From: Octopus bimaculoides
Taxonomy: Eukaryota
NCBI RefSeq assembly: GCF_001194135.2
Contig: NC_068993.1
Span: 19,518,847-19,582,846, forward strand
DNA: 64,000 nt
Direction of reading: 5' to 3'
The notes under the pieces are model-generated. The model saw only the letters and a list, made by a program, of their open reading frames with translations. It was not told where the DNA came from and did no database searches. Position 1 is the first letter of the stretch. Every line of letters starts with the position of its first letter. Shown one piece after another: positions 1 to 12,165 of this stretch. A program made the position numbers and the translations under genes.

Positions 1-430
1 ATATATATATATATATATATATATACGTATCTGTGTGTGTGTGTATGTGTGTTTGTGTGTATATATTTTCAAGTACACTTTAATGTATAAATGGGAGTTT
101 CCATTCTGCTTAATTCATTTTATCGACTATAATTCATTGTGAATCTGCAAATAGTTACTCGCGAATATGTGACCTATGAAACAACAAGAGACTGTACACA
201 TACATACATACATACATACACATATTGACGTATATATATGCATGTATGCATATATGTATATATGTAAACATTATGTGTATGTATATATGTATACGTTCAT
301 ACATATATATGTATATACATATACACACATTCATGCATACATATATATATATACAAATATACATACATATATATATATGAATGCATATATTTCTCTCTCC
401 CTCCCTCTCTCTCTCTCTATATATATATAT
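1..430. repeat. Compound microsatellite (AT)n/(GT)n/(CATA)n/(CT)n
   Basis: Read directly; explains the HI/YI-rich spurious ORFs at 155-558. Confidence 0.95.
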
Positions 431-2100
431 ACAACAATTTGATTTGATTCATACATACGTACTTGCGTACACGTGTACATGTGTATCATTGCTTGTGTGT
501 TAAATCTTTCTGCCAAATATCGAATTGCATCTCTAACATGAAAGACGGATTTATACATAAATATGATTCCTTCCTGTCTGTTATATTTAATAGTTATACC
601 AATTCCGATTTCAGCTTTCTCTTGTCACTAAGCTAATTTACTAATTTAAAATACAGCAAAACATTTGTTGCTTTTGATACGCTAAGAAACAACTACAAAG
701 ACTATATATCGCGAAGTATTAACATATATACCTTTTTATCTGTATAATAATTTAGTTAAATATGTTTAAGCCTTTCAAACTGTTTTCTGAATCGCTTGCT
801 ACTATTTGCTTTGAATTCATCGTCTTTAGAAAATATCGGTTACTATTGAAATAGTTACATTCATAAAAATATTTGTACGATAAAATTCAAATATGCTTTT
901 GATATTCAACGGAATAATATGAGGCAATTACAGAGAAAACATCTGACTATAATATAGCTTTTATAAAGAGTTGCATGACAATTTTATTCAGTATTCTATT
1001 CAGACGTTATTAAACGATATATTTGAAAACTTCTAACGTTGTGAAATACACAAGAAACATTGAAGTATACATCAATTCATTTCAATGTGGATATTTCTTT
1101 CCTTATGGTCTTATTTCAGTTATCTCTAACATTTCCGTTAGCTATTTCTACTCAAATAAGCAATTTGGTCTGTCTTTTTACTCACTTTATACACGAAGTA
1201 AAACATGAAAAACTTTTGAAAATATTTAGAAGTCCTAAGGCAAGAAAAAATCACTAGATTTCGAATGGCATCACAGCAAACATTTTGACACTTTGAATAA
1301 ACATTTGTGCAAAAATTTAACAGATACACTTTAATACATAAGATAACAACAGTTGCAGTAAAGAATATGGAACTATAAATTAAGTTTTTCAATAGATCGA
1401 CTTTAGCCCCACTTAGATTAGAAGGAGTCTTGGTTGTCATGCTCTACTGGAGAATATTTGATTTCTTTGTTCAATGAAGCAGTGCATATTTCGAATGGAA
1501 ATTGTATTTGGATGAGACCAATAGACGAAGATTAAATCCGAATGGTAATATATTCTCCACAGAAATGCTTGTTGCTACAAATAACAATGAGAATGCCATT
1601 ACTGCACAGAAGAAAATGTACGGGATACACTACTGATTTTTGGTGTTCATTACCATTGATAGAACGTGCTTAACATAGAAATCGTTACAATAAAGCTATT
1701 TGACATAAAAATTCTCATAAACTATTAGTCATGACGTATTCATAGATATAAAAGTTCTAATTTTTTTAACATTTATATTTATCCAAACATACTCATTTAT
1801 AGTTGAAAAAAACATAACATTATTTTGTACGTCTACCATTTTATGATATCACGTCGCCATTGATTATCTTTTTTAACAAATTATTTATGGAGTTTTACAA
1901 TAAGTCAATGCTTAATGTTTACATTAATATTTCCATTTGGTTCTGTGGCTCTTCATTTTGAATTTAAATAGTACTAAGGTGGATCTCAACATCCATAAAA
2001 ATGCTCGTTGTTTAAATAGTAGTTAGTTTGGCATTTCATTGTCAATGAAAGATGACATTATATTATACAATCAGTATCGTGTATAAAATAATTGTTTTAT

Positions 2101-2370
2101 GGCATCACGGGTGGCATCGTGGTTAAGGTTTTGCACTCATGATTACAAAATAGTGGTTTCGATTTCCGGACTGGGCGTTGTGATGTGTTCTTGAGCAAAA
2201 AAAAAAAAAAAAAAAAAAACATTTTACGCTGCTGTAAACGAAGCAAGCCTATAACGGACTCGCCTCCCGTTCAAGGAACTGTTGAGACCTTTGTCACTTA
2301 TATACCATCGAAACCAGAAAATGAATTTTCTGAGTGATAGAACTCAGCACAGAGTTCCCGTTTTTAATTC
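2101..2370 (+). mobile_element. tRNA-derived SINE (family D), degenerate, with internal poly-A
   Basis: tRNA-like head GGCATCGTGGTTAAGG...GGTTTCGATTTCCGGACTGGGCG followed by GTGTTCTTGAGCAA. A related minus-strand copy lies at 57470-57655. Confidence 0.65.
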
Positions 2371-3554
2371 ACCACCATTTAGCCCTCAGCTATTACCACA
2401 CCAAGGTTTTCTTAACCTTTTATTATTTCAACATTGATAAAATAAGCGATTGTCATGTACTGGAATCGATGCAGTCGACTGTACCCCACTTCCCTCAAAA
2501 TATGTAGCCGAGTGATATAAGATTTATGCTGGTCATTACATAACTTTCGATCACCCATCGTTCATATTTCAAAACCTGTCAGATTTTGCTTTCATGTTTA
2601 GGTTTTAGTTAGCACTGATTAGCCAGACGCGACTACAGACATTCCAGTCATGATAATTCCATCATTTTTGTATTCAGTTAGATTATACCTAGGGCTGTAA
2701 TATATAAAACGCTTCTATTTGAGACTAGACTCTTGTGTTGATATTTTGTCTTTAATAGTCTACTAAGTTACCACTTGTAAATTAACTTAAAACTGGGACT
2801 TAGGCATATAGGTGATGTTGCCATGACTTTTGTCATGTCGACAGAATGCATAGGAGGCACACCCGCTGGTTTATTTACTCCTGTTGAACCGTAATAAAAG
2901 TAATTTATAGTGTTGCCGAATTACTTGAATAAAACCAATTCAGCATAGACGAATAGCTTTACAATGTAATTGTTCAACCCGCTAGAAGTAGCAATCAAAC
3001 AAATAAACCCTCAAGTTATATCATGTTGCAGCTTCAAAATAAAATGCACTATATCTGAAAGTATATAAAAAGTAAGAAGTAATAAACATGGAGTGATCTT
3101 CGCTGGAATGCATTTAATTAAAGGCCTCCTCAATCGGGACTGCCTTGGAGGTAAAGAAAAGCAACATCAGCGACAACAAAAATAATAGAAACAAGAGCAT
3201 AAACAACAAAAACATCACAATAACAACAACAACAACCACCATTACAAACACAACAACGACAACAACCTAATACGTAATAACCGTGATATTTTCTTATATT
3301 TGTGCCAAGCTATATTCCATAATGGCGTTTCAAAGGGAAAATCACAACAGTCTGCTTCACTAATAACAAAAGATAAGAGATTGCATTAGAAAAGGATGGC
3401 ACCTGATCCGTGCACTGTTTCTGTGGCTTCAATAGGTAATTGTAGCTCCTGAATAGAACAAGAGACACTTATCTAAAATATCACATTAATTTTAAAGATG
3501 TGGCGCTGCTTAATTTAACTACAAGTGTGTGTGAATTTTTACCACTACACACAT

Positions 3555-3753
3555 ATGCACACACACACGCACACACACACACGCACAACACACACACATA
3601 TATATATATACACACACAAACATGTATACATACATACATACGTGGACATACACAAATACGCATATGCTTGTATCTCTCGTATCTCACTCGCTATCTTTGT
3701 CTCTGTTTTTCTCTATCTTTACCTCTTTCTCTCTCTCTCCCTCTCTCTCTCTC

Positions 3754-3789
<36 letters not shown>
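3555..3789. repeat. (CA)n/(TA)n/(CT)n microsatellite running into an assembly gap
   Basis: Read directly; N gap at 3790-4215. Confidence 0.95.
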
Positions 3790-4215
3790 NNNNNNNNNNN
3801 NNNNNNNNNNNNNNNNNNNNNNNNNNNNNNNNNNNNNNNNNNNNNNNNNNNNNNNNNNNNNNNNNNNNNNNNNNNNNNNNNNNNNNNNNNNNNNNNNNNN
3901 NNNNNNNNNNNNNNNNNNNNNNNNNNNNNNNNNNNNNNNNNNNNNNNNNNNNNNNNNNNNNNNNNNNNNNNNNNNNNNNNNNNNNNNNNNNNNNNNNNNN
4001 NNNNNNNNNNNNNNNNNNNNNNNNNNNNNNNNNNNNNNNNNNNNNNNNNNNNNNNNNNNNNNNNNNNNNNNNNNNNNNNNNNNNNNNNNNNNNNNNNNNN
4101 NNNNNNNNNNNNNNNNNNNNNNNNNNNNNNNNNNNNNNNNNNNNNNNNNNNNNNNNNNNNNNNNNNNNNNNNNNNNNNNNNNNNNNNNNNNNNNNNNNNN
4201 NNNNNNNNNNNNNNN

Positions 4216-4265
<50 letters not shown>

Positions 4266-4380
4266 ATGTATATACATACATATGTATATATGTATATATA
4301 CATGTATATTAACATTCCAATACAATGATAAAAGGAAAAAATAATTAAACAAATAAATGAATGTCGAATAGGAAGGTGGT

Positions 4381-4396
4381 TTGTCTATCTGTTTGA

Positions 4397-4453
<57 letters not shown>

Positions 4454-4490
4454 AGCCTATCTACCTACCTATATTTGTATCTATCCATCT
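4381..4490. repeat. (TATC)n tetranucleotide microsatellite
   Basis: Read directly. Confidence 0.95.
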
Positions 4491-5082
4491 CCATTGTCTT
4501 GGAACCTCACCCAAAAAATCAAAAATAATGTTCTCTTCTAAACAAAACCCCACAAAACATCTNNNNNNNNNNNNNNNNNNNNNNNNNNNNNNNNNNNNNN
4601 NNNNNNNNNNNNNNNNNNNNNNNNNNNNNNNNNNNNNNNNNNNNNNNNNNNNNNNNNNNNNNNNNNNNNNNNNNNNNNNNNNNNNNNNNNNNNNNNNNNN
4701 NNNNNNNNNNNNNNNNNNNNNNNNNNNNNNNNNNNNNNNNNNNNNNNNNNNNNNNNNNNNNNNNNNNNNNNNNNNNNNNNNNNNNNNNNNNNNNNNNNNN
4801 NNNNNNNNNNNNNNNNNNNNNNNNNNNNNNNNNNNNNNNNNNNNNNNNNNNNNNNNNNNNNNNNNNNNNNNNNNNNNNNNNNNNNNNNNNNNNNNNNNNN
4901 NNNNNNNNNNNNNNNNNNNNNNNTTTAAATTTTGGTTTTAAATGCTGTATTTTCAAATTAATATTCGTTAAATTACTTTGACTTTATATATCATTTTAAA
5001 GCCCGTATTTCGCTCTGTCTAAACGTGTTACTGTTTTTCTTTTTGAATAATTAGGGCATTTTTCCGGAACGTTGAATGCAAC

Positions 5083-5397
5083 ATGGACAAAAGCAAATTC
5101 ACACAATTTTCTTATTCTGGTTCTAGCTAGGCCGAAAAGCTGCTGAAACAGCTCGCGATATCAACGATGCATTTGGCCCAGGAACCACTAATGAACGTAC
5201 AGCACAATGGTGGTTCAAGAAATTTCGTTCAAAGGATTTTACTTATGAATTAGACGTAACGTATACGACAACTTCCAACAACTTGAAAGAGATTGGAAAA
5301 ACAAAAATACTTGAGAAAGGGTGCCGCAGGAAGTGAACGACAAAAAAAAATGCTGTTTTGAAGTGTCGTCTTCCCTTCTTTTACGCAACAAGAACGT
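5083..5397 (+). pseudogene. Mariner transposase N-terminal fragment, cecropia/Hsmar1-like, internally deleted
   Basis: Manual translation across frameshifts: MDK..QIHTIFLFWF*LGRKAAETARDINDAFGPGTTNERTAQWWFKKFRS, then LKEIGKTKILEK.VPQEVN..KKCCFEVSSSLLLRNKN. This matches the mariner HTH and the WVPHEL linker. Confidence 0.85.
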
Positions 5398-5714
5398 GCA
5401 TCCTTGATCACGAGCAAGGGTAGTGGAGGTGCACCATAACCATGTACTGAGAGGATTTCTTTGGGGTTTGAATATTTCACTTCTACAAACGTCGGTGTTT
5501 TTTATATCATCCTTAAACAGCTCTTATTCAGGAAACTTTTGAACAAGATAGGCTACTCGACCTGAAGAAAATTCTCATTGGACCCCGTCTGCTAGGTGAT
5601 GCGCTCTTTATCTTGATAAGAGATCACCATATCGCGATCATATGGTTGTGATGCATGCGCCTGGGATACCCTTACTAGATAGTCATGATGGGTTTATCGG
5701 ACTTCGTATATTTC

Positions 5715-6600
5715 AAGAATAAAGATGAGATTGATTGGAATAGAACCTGGCAATTGCTGCAGAAAGGAGACTTAAACGGGCCCACTGAGGCATTAGTGTG
5801 CGGTGTTCAAGAACAAGATCTCAGAACAAACTACTCCAAGTTTCACATTGTTAAAAGCATTGATTCGCCACAGAGTAGGATAGGTTCTGAGAAGGGAGTA
5901 AGTATAAGCCATATTGTTAGTGAGTGCTGCAAGCTCGTACAACGCGAATACAAAAGGAGACATAAAAATGTGGCCAGATATGCCCACTGGCTGTTGTTTG
6001 GTAAAGCAAACCTCGAGAAAGCTGAACAATGGTATAAACACAAGCCAGAGGGAGTAATGGAAAATGAACATTACAAAATACTCTGGAATTTTAACATGCA
6101 GTGCGACCAAGTCATAGAGGTGAGATCACCAGATATTGTGCTCATCCATAAAGATGAAAAAGAAGTAAATATAATAGATGTTGCAATAACAGGCGATTCG
6201 AAACGTAACGAAACAGAACAAATTGAGAAATACCAGCCATTGCGGGACGAGATCGGTAAGTTATGGGACATGAGAAAAGTAATGGTGATACCGATGGTAA
6301 TCGGAGAGTTAGGAGCCGTTTCCAATGGCTTTGAAAAACATATTAAGAATATTGGAGCTGCTGTCAGGCACGAGGTGATCCAGAAGACAGCATTGTTGGG
6401 TGCAGCTCGCATTCTAAGGAGAATTTTGGCTCAAGTCACCGGAGAAGGCACTACTTGAAACCATTAGTGATTTGTTATTGCCTGCTTTCAAGTAAAGAAT
6501 AACATAACCGGTAATTGAGAACTATCCGAGAGTCTTTTAGAATAACAACAACAAGAAAAAGAGCAACAACAACAACAATAATAATAATAATAATAATAAT
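5715..6600 (+). mobile_element. 5'-truncated R4/Dong-clade non-LTR retrotransposon: C-terminal zinc knuckle, RLE domain and 3' UTR ending in (CAA)/(TAA)n
   Basis: ORF 5685-6458 contains TEALVCGVQEQDLRTNY, a degenerate CCHC (SRIGSEKGVSISHIVSEC), REYKRRH..VA, RSPDIV...IIDVAITGD, EKYQPL and VIPMVIGELG. These motifs are typical of RLE-type LINEs. Confidence 0.88.
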
Positions 6601-6811
6601 CCTTTCTACTATAGGCATAAGTCCTGAAATTTGGGGGAATCGACTAGTTGATTACTTGACCCCAGTGTTTCTCTGGTACTTAATTTATCGACCTTGAAAG
6701 GATGAAAGGTAAAGTCGACCTCAGCGGAATTTGAAATCAGAACGTAAGAACAGACGAAATGCCGCTAAGCATTTTGCCCGGCGTGCTAAGGATTCTGCCA
6801 GCTCGCCACCT
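6601..6811 (-). mobile_element. tRNA-derived SINE family A (central domain GTCGACTTTGCCTTTCATCCTTTCGGGGTCGATAAA, Meta-domain-like)
   Basis: Minus strand has an A-box-like GGCGAGCTGGCAGAA, a B-box-like TTCAAATTCC, the conserved core and an (ATT)n tail. At least 10 similar copies occur in the window. The Meta-domain assignment is from memory. Confidence 0.85.
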
Positions 6812-6895
6812 CAATAATACTAATACTAATACTACTACTACTACTACTAAAAATAATAATAATAATAATAACAAGAAGAAGAAGAAGAAGAAGAG
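6812..6895. repeat. Compound (AAT)/(ACT)/(AAG) trinucleotide repeat
   Basis: Read directly. Confidence 0.9.
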
Positions 6896-7566
6896 TCTAC
6901 AATTTAGGCACAAGTCTTACACTCACAATAGTGCCACCAATTTCGCTCTTTTTGGTTTAAATTTAATTCCATTTTTATACATTTCATTGTAGTTTCTTTT
7001 AATCTACCATCTAGCTTCTAGCTTCGATGTAATTTCAATGATCTATCTATTCTGTGCATTTTACCATTCATGGAAGACATAGAAAAATGTTTCTAGACAC
7101 GTTTGTAACGAGTTTTGAAACATTTTCAGTTTTTGTATAAGGCTTCGTTAACACTAAGCTGTTCAGTCAGTATGCTTAATGTAACATGTTTAACGTGACA
7201 ATTTCACTTTTTTCAGGTACGTACGAATTTCACTGTCACATTAAGTGGTGTAGAAGAATCTTTGCGTCTGTAATAATATGAAAGAAAATTATTTCTATAG
7301 TAACTATATATTACCATTGCTTCATTATTTGAAGTGGATAAATAAACCGAAGGGGTTGTAAATTAAAATGCTGTATAAAAATATGTGCGCAATTCGTAGT
7401 TGTCAACTCAGAATATAGAGCTAAACAGACATTTCTCATAATTACTTCACTACATATTCGCCGGCGAAAACAATTTTTTCTGTACCGAGACCGTGTCATC
7501 GACGAATGCACAACTGCTCTTTGTTTGATCAAGACAAGACATTATTGTAGACCTGTGTTTATTCGT

Positions 7567-7770
7567 TGAGATGGCAGACACATTAACACGCCGGGCGAAA
7601 TGCTGAGGCTGTATTTCGTATGTCTTTACGTTCTGAGTTCAAATTCTGCCGAGGTCGACTTTCATCCTCTCGGGGTCGATAAATTAAATACCAGTTGCAT
7701 ACTGTGGTCAATCTAATCGACTGGCTCCTTTCCCCAAAAATTTCGAGCCTTGTACCTAGAGTAGAAAAGA
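7567..7770 (+). mobile_element. SINE family A copy
   Basis: GTTCAAATTCTGCCGAGGTCGACTTTCATCCTCTCGGGGTCGATAAATTAAATACCAG core. Confidence 0.85.
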
Positions 7771-7965
7771 AACGTTAGCACACCGGACAAAATGTTTATC
7801 AGTATTTCGTCCGTCTTTACGTTCTGAGTTCAAATTCCACCGAGGTCGACTTTGCCTTGCATCCTTTCGGGGTCGATAAAATAAGTAGCAGTTAAGCTCT
7901 AGGGTCGATTTAATCGACGTATCCCCCCCCCCTTTTGCTGCCTTGTGCCAAAATTTGAAACTATT
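7771..7965 (+). mobile_element. SINE family A copy, tandem to the previous one
   Basis: Same core repeated immediately downstream, ending GTGCCAAAATTTGAAAC-TATTATTAT. Confidence 0.85.
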
Positions 7966-8879
7966 ATTATAAACCTGTATATAATATTAAAATTGTTAAA
8001 ATATTATTGTAACGTTGTGTATATTGTACGACCTTATTGTAACCTTTTGTACATTGCAAACTCAGTTTTTCTAAATCACATAACAATTACAATGTGCTTT
8101 ATCTACTATATATCCTTTATTCAAAGCTGCAAATAATTCTGAAAAGAAAAAATATAACATCGGATAATAATAAAACGCAAGTAAGGTCTAGCTTCACTTT
8201 GTTGACATTTTATATACTAATAACTAAAGTGTACCTCAATTGTAAATCGCATATACGCATATCAGGAAAATATTTATATTAAATTTTTTTTTTTTTTAAA
8301 TTTTATATGAAAATATAGTTTTATATTTATATATTTCATTACTTTCTACTTCATAGTTTAAGATTTTGTCAGTTTCTACTTTTGAGGAAATTCAACTCCA
8401 TTTGAATATTTTCTTTTGGCAACAATACTATCGAATACTAACAAGCAGAAACGGAACCTGCACAGCATATACAAAATGTAAATAAAATCGAATCTTAGAA
8501 ATATATAAGAATAGGTATCTAAAAATGTACAAATCAGACCTTACTCTGAAGGTGGAAATAACAATTTTCCCAACAATAGCATATTCTTACAAACTATAGA
8601 AAGTGCTTCCTAAGCTTTGCTATCGTACATTTTATAAAAATAGACACAAACATCAATATTACCAAATTAAACGAAATCTTATATGCAGCATCCACCGCAG
8701 GTACAAAAGAAAATGCGCATTACTGCAAATATTTTTCATAAAGGAATAACAATACCCAAGCAAAATACCGTGCAAAACACGTAGACAGTAACAGACAGAA
8801 AATATGAAAGATTTCTCAATTTGTAACGAAATTAATAAAGAAGAAGTAAAACTGATAAAGAAAAGAAGCCCATAAAATA

Positions 8880-9660
8880 CTAAAGATTTATAACGATGAA
8901 AGTAGTCTCTGATATCAAAGAACGCGCGAAACAAGAGAAGGCGAGATCAAAGCCAATCGATGAAATTTTGCGGTCAAGGATCACTGGGAAAAGAAATACG
9001 TCCTTATCGAAGTATCATTCCCAACAGATGATAATGTATCTCCTAAAGAAATTAGTTTGATACAAAGATCTGGGATACTTAAGAATCAATGAAATAGACA
9101 GTGTGAAAGTATGCACAAGTGAAAGCAAAGATTACGAATGAATGTTATAATATTATTCTAGTGAAATATTATAGAAAACTAATATAAATAGTTACACATC
9201 ACGGAAAAAATATCAGAAAAACTATTTTCTGTCTATAGCATAGCCAATAAATACGAAATACTGACTATAAAGACATATAGGTATTAATAAAAGAGAAAAC
9301 CAACACAAAATGAAAAATAGGCTAAAATTGATGCTAATTGCAGAGAAATGTAAATGACATCAGTTCTTTAGCTGTCTTAGTAAAAATGCAGAAACCAAAA
9401 GAGAATGATTCCTAAAATAGTAGGTACCTTAGAATTGAGTAATAATACGCACGAAAATATATTTTCAGGATCGCAAGACTTGAAAATGTTCACAACACAA
9501 AGACAATAGAATCACTAGTCACAAAACATACGTGGTACATACAGTAATTTCAATGAGATGGAAGCAACAAATTCCCGCCAAGGAAGCTCTTCATACTCAA
9601 AATATACACAACTGTGTTCCATTGTCCGCGGATTACTCGTAATATAATTAAGACTAGTGA
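8880..9660 (+). pseudogene. Highly decayed R4-like LINE RLE domain and 3' end
   Basis: From 8946: IKANR*NFAVKDHWEKKYVLIEVSFPTDDNVSPKE, then YKDL after a frameshift. Near 9410: IPKIVGTL. These parallel the RLE motifs at 6120-6320. The piece ends in (CAA)n. Confidence 0.65.
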
Positions 9661-9661
9661 T

Positions 9662-9717
<56 letters not shown>

Positions 9718-9785
9718 CGGCAACATATAAAACAACAACAACAACAACAACAACAACAATAATTTGAAGAAGAAGAACAGCAGCA
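9660..9785. repeat. (CAA)n microsatellite
   Basis: Read directly. Confidence 0.95.
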
Positions 9786-9814
9786 AAGCATCATAGAAAA
9801 TAAAAACGACAATA

Positions 9815-11700
9815 GAAGGCTCTGGCGAGGTTAAATATGTTTGGTAGCTACCAGGCGAAATATAAACTCCATTACCAACGAAATAAGCAATAAACTCACA
9901 GATCAAAAACGAATAAAGATAATTTTATAACTAATACACTAAATAACATTCAAGTTTATTGATCTTTGTCTCGTACAATGTATTACAAACATTCACTCTT
10001 AAACTTTAGGGTACTATATGTAAACAGATTAACAATGCACCAGACTAATTTAGCATTTTTTTAAAAAATCAAACTAACGAAGCGTCAGAAGTATACAATA
10101 CTGACTTCACAATTTAATAAATAACAAAGAATACAAATAAAAATCGTACCATTCAGCTGCATATTCAAAGAGGACTATGTGCCTCAAATTTTATACGTAA
10201 AATTACAAAAATAGAACGAATGAAAGTCGACATAGACAGAAAAAAGGAGCCAGTATTCGACGAATACGCTGATGATCTAAATAAGGATTTTAGGTTTTGA
10301 CTTAAGGGTGTAATATTTAATTCTTTATTGCCCACAAGTGACTAAACATAGAGGGGACAAAAAAGGATAGACAAAGGGACTAAGTCGATTACATCGATCC
10401 CAGTGCGTAACTGGTACTTATTTAATCGACCTCGAAATGATGAAAGGCAAAGTCATCCTGGGCGGCATTTGAACTCAGAACGTAGCAACAGACGAAATAC
10501 TACCAAGCATTCCGCCCGGCGTGCTAAATTTTCTGCAAGCTCGCCGCCTTTAAAAGGTGTAATGTTGGGAGAGAGAAGGATAGGTGATTGAACCGACCCC
10601 TCCCTAGACAAAGTTGACGTTTCCTCTTTAGAGACGCACACAATATAAAATAAGCATGAAGAGGCACATGGGAAACATGTTACTATCGTACATGCATATT
10701 GCTTTTTGTTTTTTTACAGAAACTTTACCTAATATGGCCGTATTAAATACAAAGAATTTATCTCACAATTAAACGTAACTTTGGACATTTACAACTAACT
10801 AAATTAAGATGTGCTTCAAAGTAACCAAGATATCAGAAATCGAAATAGGGCAATTTAATATATACAATAAACGCTTAAATGGCGATTACAAACCATACAA
10901 CAAGACTTAAAACAGTTAAAATATAAACCGTGACCAAAGACCGAAAATAAACAAAACAAATAAAGTAAGAATAATATAACACGGAAAACAGTTTTGGAAC
11001 AATTCCATACTAGTGATGAACGAAAACTGATCTCAATAACAAACATGAATAGAAAGGAAAAATGAGATTTAAGGATTGGATTCTCTGCAGGTAGAAATCA
11101 TAAATGCGAGAAGATTCTAAAGGTCGAAATAATTAAATAATTTAAGTTAATTGGAGACCACCTTACGATTTATGAACATCGTATTCCAAGAATAAAATTT
11201 ATCTATGATATACGAACATCAATAAAACGAAGGTAGGTGTCTCAATCTTACTGAATATAGACATGAACACGAAGCTAAATGAAATAATAATATATCAATA
11301 GCTATGGTGGTTATGAAAAAATATTTCACCAGAACTACTCAAGGAAGCATCACAAAAACCGAATAAACGACATAGAAAGCAAATTTACGAAAAAGAGAAG
11401 AAATTGCGAATCCTTTATGAAATAAATAACAGGAAGAAAATCATTAACTACAGAAATATTACATAAGACAGAAAAAAAAAGAAAACAACTCAAACGAAAG
11501 AAAACCATAAACAAGAGTTCTTTATTAAAGAAAGCACTTCGATTCTAACCTGAGACAATTTTATCAAAAACTAGATGGAGAAAAAGAATGTAATCAATAT
11601 AATAACAACATGAAGAATACAAGAATGTTGGTCGAAGTGTGCACAAGAAAGGGATTGCTATGGATGAAAAAATGTTCGAAACAACTAACGAATGCAACGA
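9815..11700 (+). pseudogene. Probable 5' (pre-RT) portion of a decayed R4-like LINE, interrupted by a SINE
   Basis: Strong A-rich strand bias. Near 11530, KHFDSNLRQFYQKLDGEK followed by a (F)WS-like segment resembles the pre-RT region of R4-clade ORFs. Boundaries are approximate. Confidence 0.4.
10321..10549 (-). mobile_element. SINE family A copy with an alternative 3' tail
   Basis: CTGGTACTTATTTAATCGACC...GAAAGGCAAAGTC...ATTTGAACTCAGAACG...GCTCGCCGCCT. Confidence 0.85.
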
Positions 11701-11769
11701 CTGAACTGAAATGTTTCTTGTACACTAGAAGCCAAGAATTTTTTTAATAATAGTCGGGGTGGGGATCCT

Positions 11770-12165
11770 CAAGTAGTTGACCTCACTAATTGACCCCTTT
11801 GGTACCAGGGCACTTTGCAGGACAATGGGTTACAATGGATCGCATTTTCTTTCCAACCAAAAACTCCACTCAGAACCTGGAATGCATCCTGTAACTTGTA
11901 TGACTCAGGAGCGCCAGATCAGTCTGTTCAGCCATGTTGCTCGATTTTCCGAATACGAGCCTGCTTGCAATATTCTCTTCACTGAGATCGTGTCGACGGT
12001 TTATATTGGTCGACCACATACGACATGATTACAGCAGATGAGAAAGTATCTTGAAGAGATAGGGACTGACAGGAACTCTGGTCGAAGGATCGCTCCGGGA
12101 AAATATCGTCAAATTTTGAATGCAGCAATGCGCTGCAACGGCACATGCTCCGACACCTGAGCCTG
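11770..12165 (+). mobile_element. RTE-clade LINE 3' fragment
   Basis: IDPFGTRALCRTMGY...FLSNQKLHSEPGMHPVTCMTQERQISLFSHVARF...GRPHTT*LQQM...AAMRCNGTCSDT, followed by a CCTGAGCCTGA tail. This matches the RTE/Expander C-terminus. Confidence 0.8.

Noticed and set aside
3500-4352. Long ORFs of 170-400 aa here and at 18.5-21, 22.9-23.7, 52.9-54, 58.8-60 and 63.2-63.9 kb
   Set aside because: They are open only because they run through N gaps and dinucleotide repeats.
7217-7273. Short candidate terminal exon VRTNFTVTLSGVEESLRL* after a strong acceptor
   Set aside because: Too short to distinguish from chance, with no linked upstream exon.
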